DNA of 64,000 bases, taken from assembly GCF_016432865.1 (NCBI RefSeq), contig NC_067398.1, forward strand, positions 16,988,001 to 17,052,000, in the 5' to 3' direction. The notes beneath the pieces are model-generated. The model saw only the letters and a list, made by a program, of their open reading frames with translations. It did no database searches and was not told where the DNA came from. The DNA is from Antechinus flavipes. Taxonomy: Eukaryota. Made by a program: the position numbers and the translations under genes. Positions 60,476 to 64,000 of this stretch are shown here, piece after piece (the stretch's first letter is position 1; each line of letters begins with the position of its first letter).

Positions 60476-61864
60476 CCAATACTGAACAGTTGGCCTTTTC
60501 AAAGGGAGTCATTCAGTTATTTTTCAGTCACGTCCCACAATGTTTTATCCCATTTGAGGTATTCTTGGAAGAGATCCTGTTCTGATTTGCTATTTCCTTC
60601 TCCAGCTCATTTTTACAGTTGAAGATACTGAGGCAAACAGGTTAAGTCACATAGCTAGTAAGTGTCTGAGGTCAGATTTACATTCAAGATGAATCTGCCT
60701 GACTCTGGGCTTAGCACCTACTTGCCTTTTTAAAGGGGAAAGTCAGAGCTTAAATCAATAAATCTCAGCTGGTGAATTCCGGCCACTGAGGCAGTTTGGA
60801 GAGAAAATAATGCACTAAGCAATGTGTTGCTTTCATTATGATTACGGTTAGAGCAGAAAGCTTGCCGAGCCATCCCTTGGATCACACCGGATAAAGGGCT
60901 GCTCACTTTGCTGACTTTTCGTTGCCTCAGTCTCCACTGAAGCCTTTTTGTAAAGTTCTTCAGCTGGCGATTTCCCCCCCAAAGTCAAGAGGTGATGCTC
61001 TCCTACAGAGAGACGTGGTGACGGACGAACTGCGACTTCACCGACGCCATATGTAGCCGGGGTTGGGTTAGGGACCTTCCCCTTCTCTCCCCCGTCACGG
61101 GAGGTCTGAAATGTCTCAAAGGACTCCTTATGGACTCAACAACAGTCTTTTCTTAACCCAGAGGCAGAAAAGTGGATTTCTGAGGGATTATCTGGGCACG
61201 GTGGTCCCGGTAACCGTGTGACATGTTGGCTGACTGGTGCAGTCGCCGGAGAAGGGGCTGGGAAAGAGCCACAGCAGGTACTGCAAAGACCAGAGCTATT
61301 TGGGGAGTCTGGGAGACAGTGCAAAGGTAAGGACTTAGGTCTCGCCAATCCAGTATAAACCGCCTCGACACAATCGAATTGTTTCCTTCTTGGTGGGTCA
61401 CCGGAGCCCGCCGGCTTCGAAGACGTGGCCAGGAGACCGTAAATCATGGCCAAAGGAGACAGATTCCATACTGATATTAAAACACACCCAGTGCTCCGTG
61501 TCAAAGAATGACAGATACCTGAATAATAAGCTCCATTTTTTTTTTTCAGGAGACATCCTGTTGGGGGTGGGGGTGACGGTGACATTTTGGACTCATATTT
61601 GCTGGCCAAAGTCTACTCCAAGGCAAACAAGATAGCTCATTCCACACATTTCTGATACCGGGGAGCGCCCGGTGCATTCAGCCTTCCTGGCTGAAGCCCA
61701 GTGCCATTTCATCTGTTTTTCCTCTTTATCTCTTGTGGGGGGGAAAGGAGACAGGGAACAGAGATTAGCCGGAGTCCTAATTAAGAATCTGGGTGCCTGG
61801 ACCCAGTAGAATGAACTTTATCCTCAGTTTGATCAATCATTTCTTAAGAGCCTACTGTCTTAGG

Positions 61865-62040
61865 TTGGACTACTTGCCATCTAGGGAAGGGTGTGGGGGA
61901 AGGGGGAGGAAATTTGGAACACAAGGTTTTGCAAAGGCTAATGTTGAAGAACTGTCCATGCATGTGTTGGGAAAAATAAAAAGCTTTAATAAAGAAAAAA
62001 ATTGTGAATCTCAAAAAAAAAAAAAAAAAAAAAAAAGAGC
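61865..62040 (+). mobile_element. L1 3' terminus with long poly(A)
   Basis: ctacttgccatctagggaagggtgtggggg...gaaaaataaaaagctttaataaag...An. Confidence 0.8.
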
Positions 62041-62289
62041 CTATTATGTGCCTGACACTGTCCTAGGTGCTGGAGATATAATGAAGTGGTCTTTCCTCTC
62101 AAGGTGCTGACATTGTAATGGGGAAGACAGCAAACATGTACACAAATATATGCAGACTAAATAAAACTAGAATAAAGACACAACAACCCAAGGTAGTCAT
62201 GTACATGCTAGCTAGAGAAGGAGGGGAGTCCCAGAATTTCACATTATCCTACAACTACTTAAGGGTAGCTAGGAGCCAAAGTGGATCAC

Positions 62290-62515
62290 TGGGTTTGGAA
62301 AACTCATCTTTGTGAGTTCCGATCTCAGATATTTCCTAGCGGTGTGATCCTAAGCAAGATACTTAGCCTTGCTTGCCTCAGTTTCCTTATCTGTAACCTA
62401 TCTCAGTTTTCTCAAAATGAGATAGAGAAGGAAATGGCAAACTACTCCAATATCCTTGCTAAGAAAAGCCCCCAAGGGATCACCACGTCAGACACAACTG
62501 AAAGAATCGAACAAC
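62290..62515 (+). mobile_element. MAR1-type SINE
   Basis: CORE then gagaaggaaatggcaaactactccaatatccttgctaagaaaagccccc...tcagacacaactgaa. Confidence 0.8.
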
Positions 62516-64000
62516 ATAACTTACATAAACGTTCTTTTGAGTTCCGGTAGTCAGTGGATTTTTAAAATTAATAAAATTTTAAAAAATTTTTACAATTAAA
62601 ATCAAGAATAATTTTTTCAAAATTAAAATTAAACTTTTAAATAAAAAAATTAAAATTAAAATGAACGAATGACATTTATGTTGACATTTTGTCTAGAGTA
62701 CTATAATAATTTGTAAAAGGAAATGATCTTGAGGATTTACGTAGCAGGCTTATGGAGAAGGTGGATTTCAAGCCGCTTCTTCAAGGAAGCATTTTGTGAG
62801 TGAGATGAAGTGGTCGTGTTTTCTAGGCGTGAAAGGCACGAAAATGGGAGACTGTGTCCTGTGTGAGGAGCAGAGGGCAGACAAGTTTGGCAGGATTGCG
62901 TAGGGCCATCAGTTAACGTGCAATGACAAGAACAGAAAGTGTCTCGAAAAGGTGGTTTGAGGCCAGATTGTGAAGAACATTAAAAGAGAGATAAGAGAGG
63001 GTCCCCTGTGATCCTAGGGACCGTAGCCTAGGACCACTGGAGTTTTCCTGAGTGAAGGACTTGGAGATCATTTGGGTCAGATCAGGAAAACCACTTTGAT
63101 CATTCAAGGAGAAAGGGAAATGTCCCCCGTGAGAGGGCACTGGAACTCTCCCACCCGGCTGCCCCTGGGTAAGCTACTCCATGGTGAAGGGGGCAGAAGT
63201 GCAGAGGCTGAGAGTGGCAGGAACTCACAGCAGCCAGGCCATTCAGGAGCTTCCAGGTTAACTAATGATTTTTACGCATTGGAAAATTGGTTTTTTCTAT
63301 GCTGCTGAAGCACTGATTATTTTTTTTTGCCAATAACTTTTAAATAAACATCCTAGACAAAGCTCCGGTCGCCCTCCCTAGTTACATCTCTGGGGACGCA
63401 GATTCTTTAAGGAGGTTTTTGTTTTGGACTTGCTCTCTCCTGAAGACGTTGGCAGAGGAAATGGTGGTTTGGAGTCCAGGACGCTTCTGTGCCACAGAGC
63501 CAGGGCTCTGTCCTGTGTGCAGCCTGAAAAGTGCATCGTGGCATTCTTTTGTGGGCTTGAAAAAACAAACCAAGCCCACATATAAATCTCGCAAGGAAAG
63601 GAGAGCAAAGGAAAGTGGGAGGGGTAGGGATCGGCTCCTGGCAGAGGGTTTTCTTGGTCTTTCTGGCCAAGATTAAGAACCCGGGATTAGGCGTCTAGAA
63701 AAGCAGATCTTTGAGGGATGGCAAAGTCAAGGGAAGTGCTCTGTGCTAGGGGCAACGGTCACCGCCTGAGTTTCCGTTGCCACGGCCCAGAGGCTGGTGA
63801 GTGCTCTGCCAACGGGTGCCAATCTATTCTGAGCGTGTGTGACAGCTCCCTCAGCCAACTGGACCGCTCGGGAGCCGGGTGTTCTGGTTGAATGAAATTT
63901 CAGGTTAATTTAGCATTACCCAGAAACCCCTTTTGGTTCAAACCTTGCTGTGGAGAGGCTTTTGTAGTGTCTTTTCTAATTCTAAACATCTCGAATTTTA

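Noticed and set aside
61060-61080. ggggttgggttaggg telomere-like snippet
   Set aside because: Only one true TTAGGG unit; too short for an interstitial telomeric repeat.

Overview
This is vertebrate genomic DNA with assembly gaps. The repeat set (WSINE1-type and MAR1-type CORE-SINEs, marsupial-type L1 3' ends, L2/MIR, hAT MITEs) points to an Australian marsupial, probably a dasyurid; the species is my inference. The only gene I can support is the 3' end of SLMAP on the + strand. It comprises a coiled-coil exon (586-720), an alternative stop-containing tail-anchor exon (2620-2709), a terminal tail-anchor exon (CDS 4142-4234) and the 3'UTR to about 5.4 kb. The remaining ~58 kb looks intergenic: dense and often nested retrotransposon fragments, several with readable target-site duplications, three unusual tandem arrays, CpG-rich patches and N gaps. 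Nearly all listed ORFs are spurious (repeat-, gap- or GC-derived); the exception is an L1 ORF2 C-terminal fragment at ~39.4-40.4 kb. I see no CRISPR array, RNA gene or clearly novel multi-gene system. The best leads are (i) the two SLMAP tail anchors remain in frame behind one UAG, and (ii) an AP-1/TEAD motif cluster surrounds a 31-bp G-rich VNTR at ~30 kb. Repeat family names come from recalled consensus sequences, not a database search. Repeat boundaries without a TSD are approximate.
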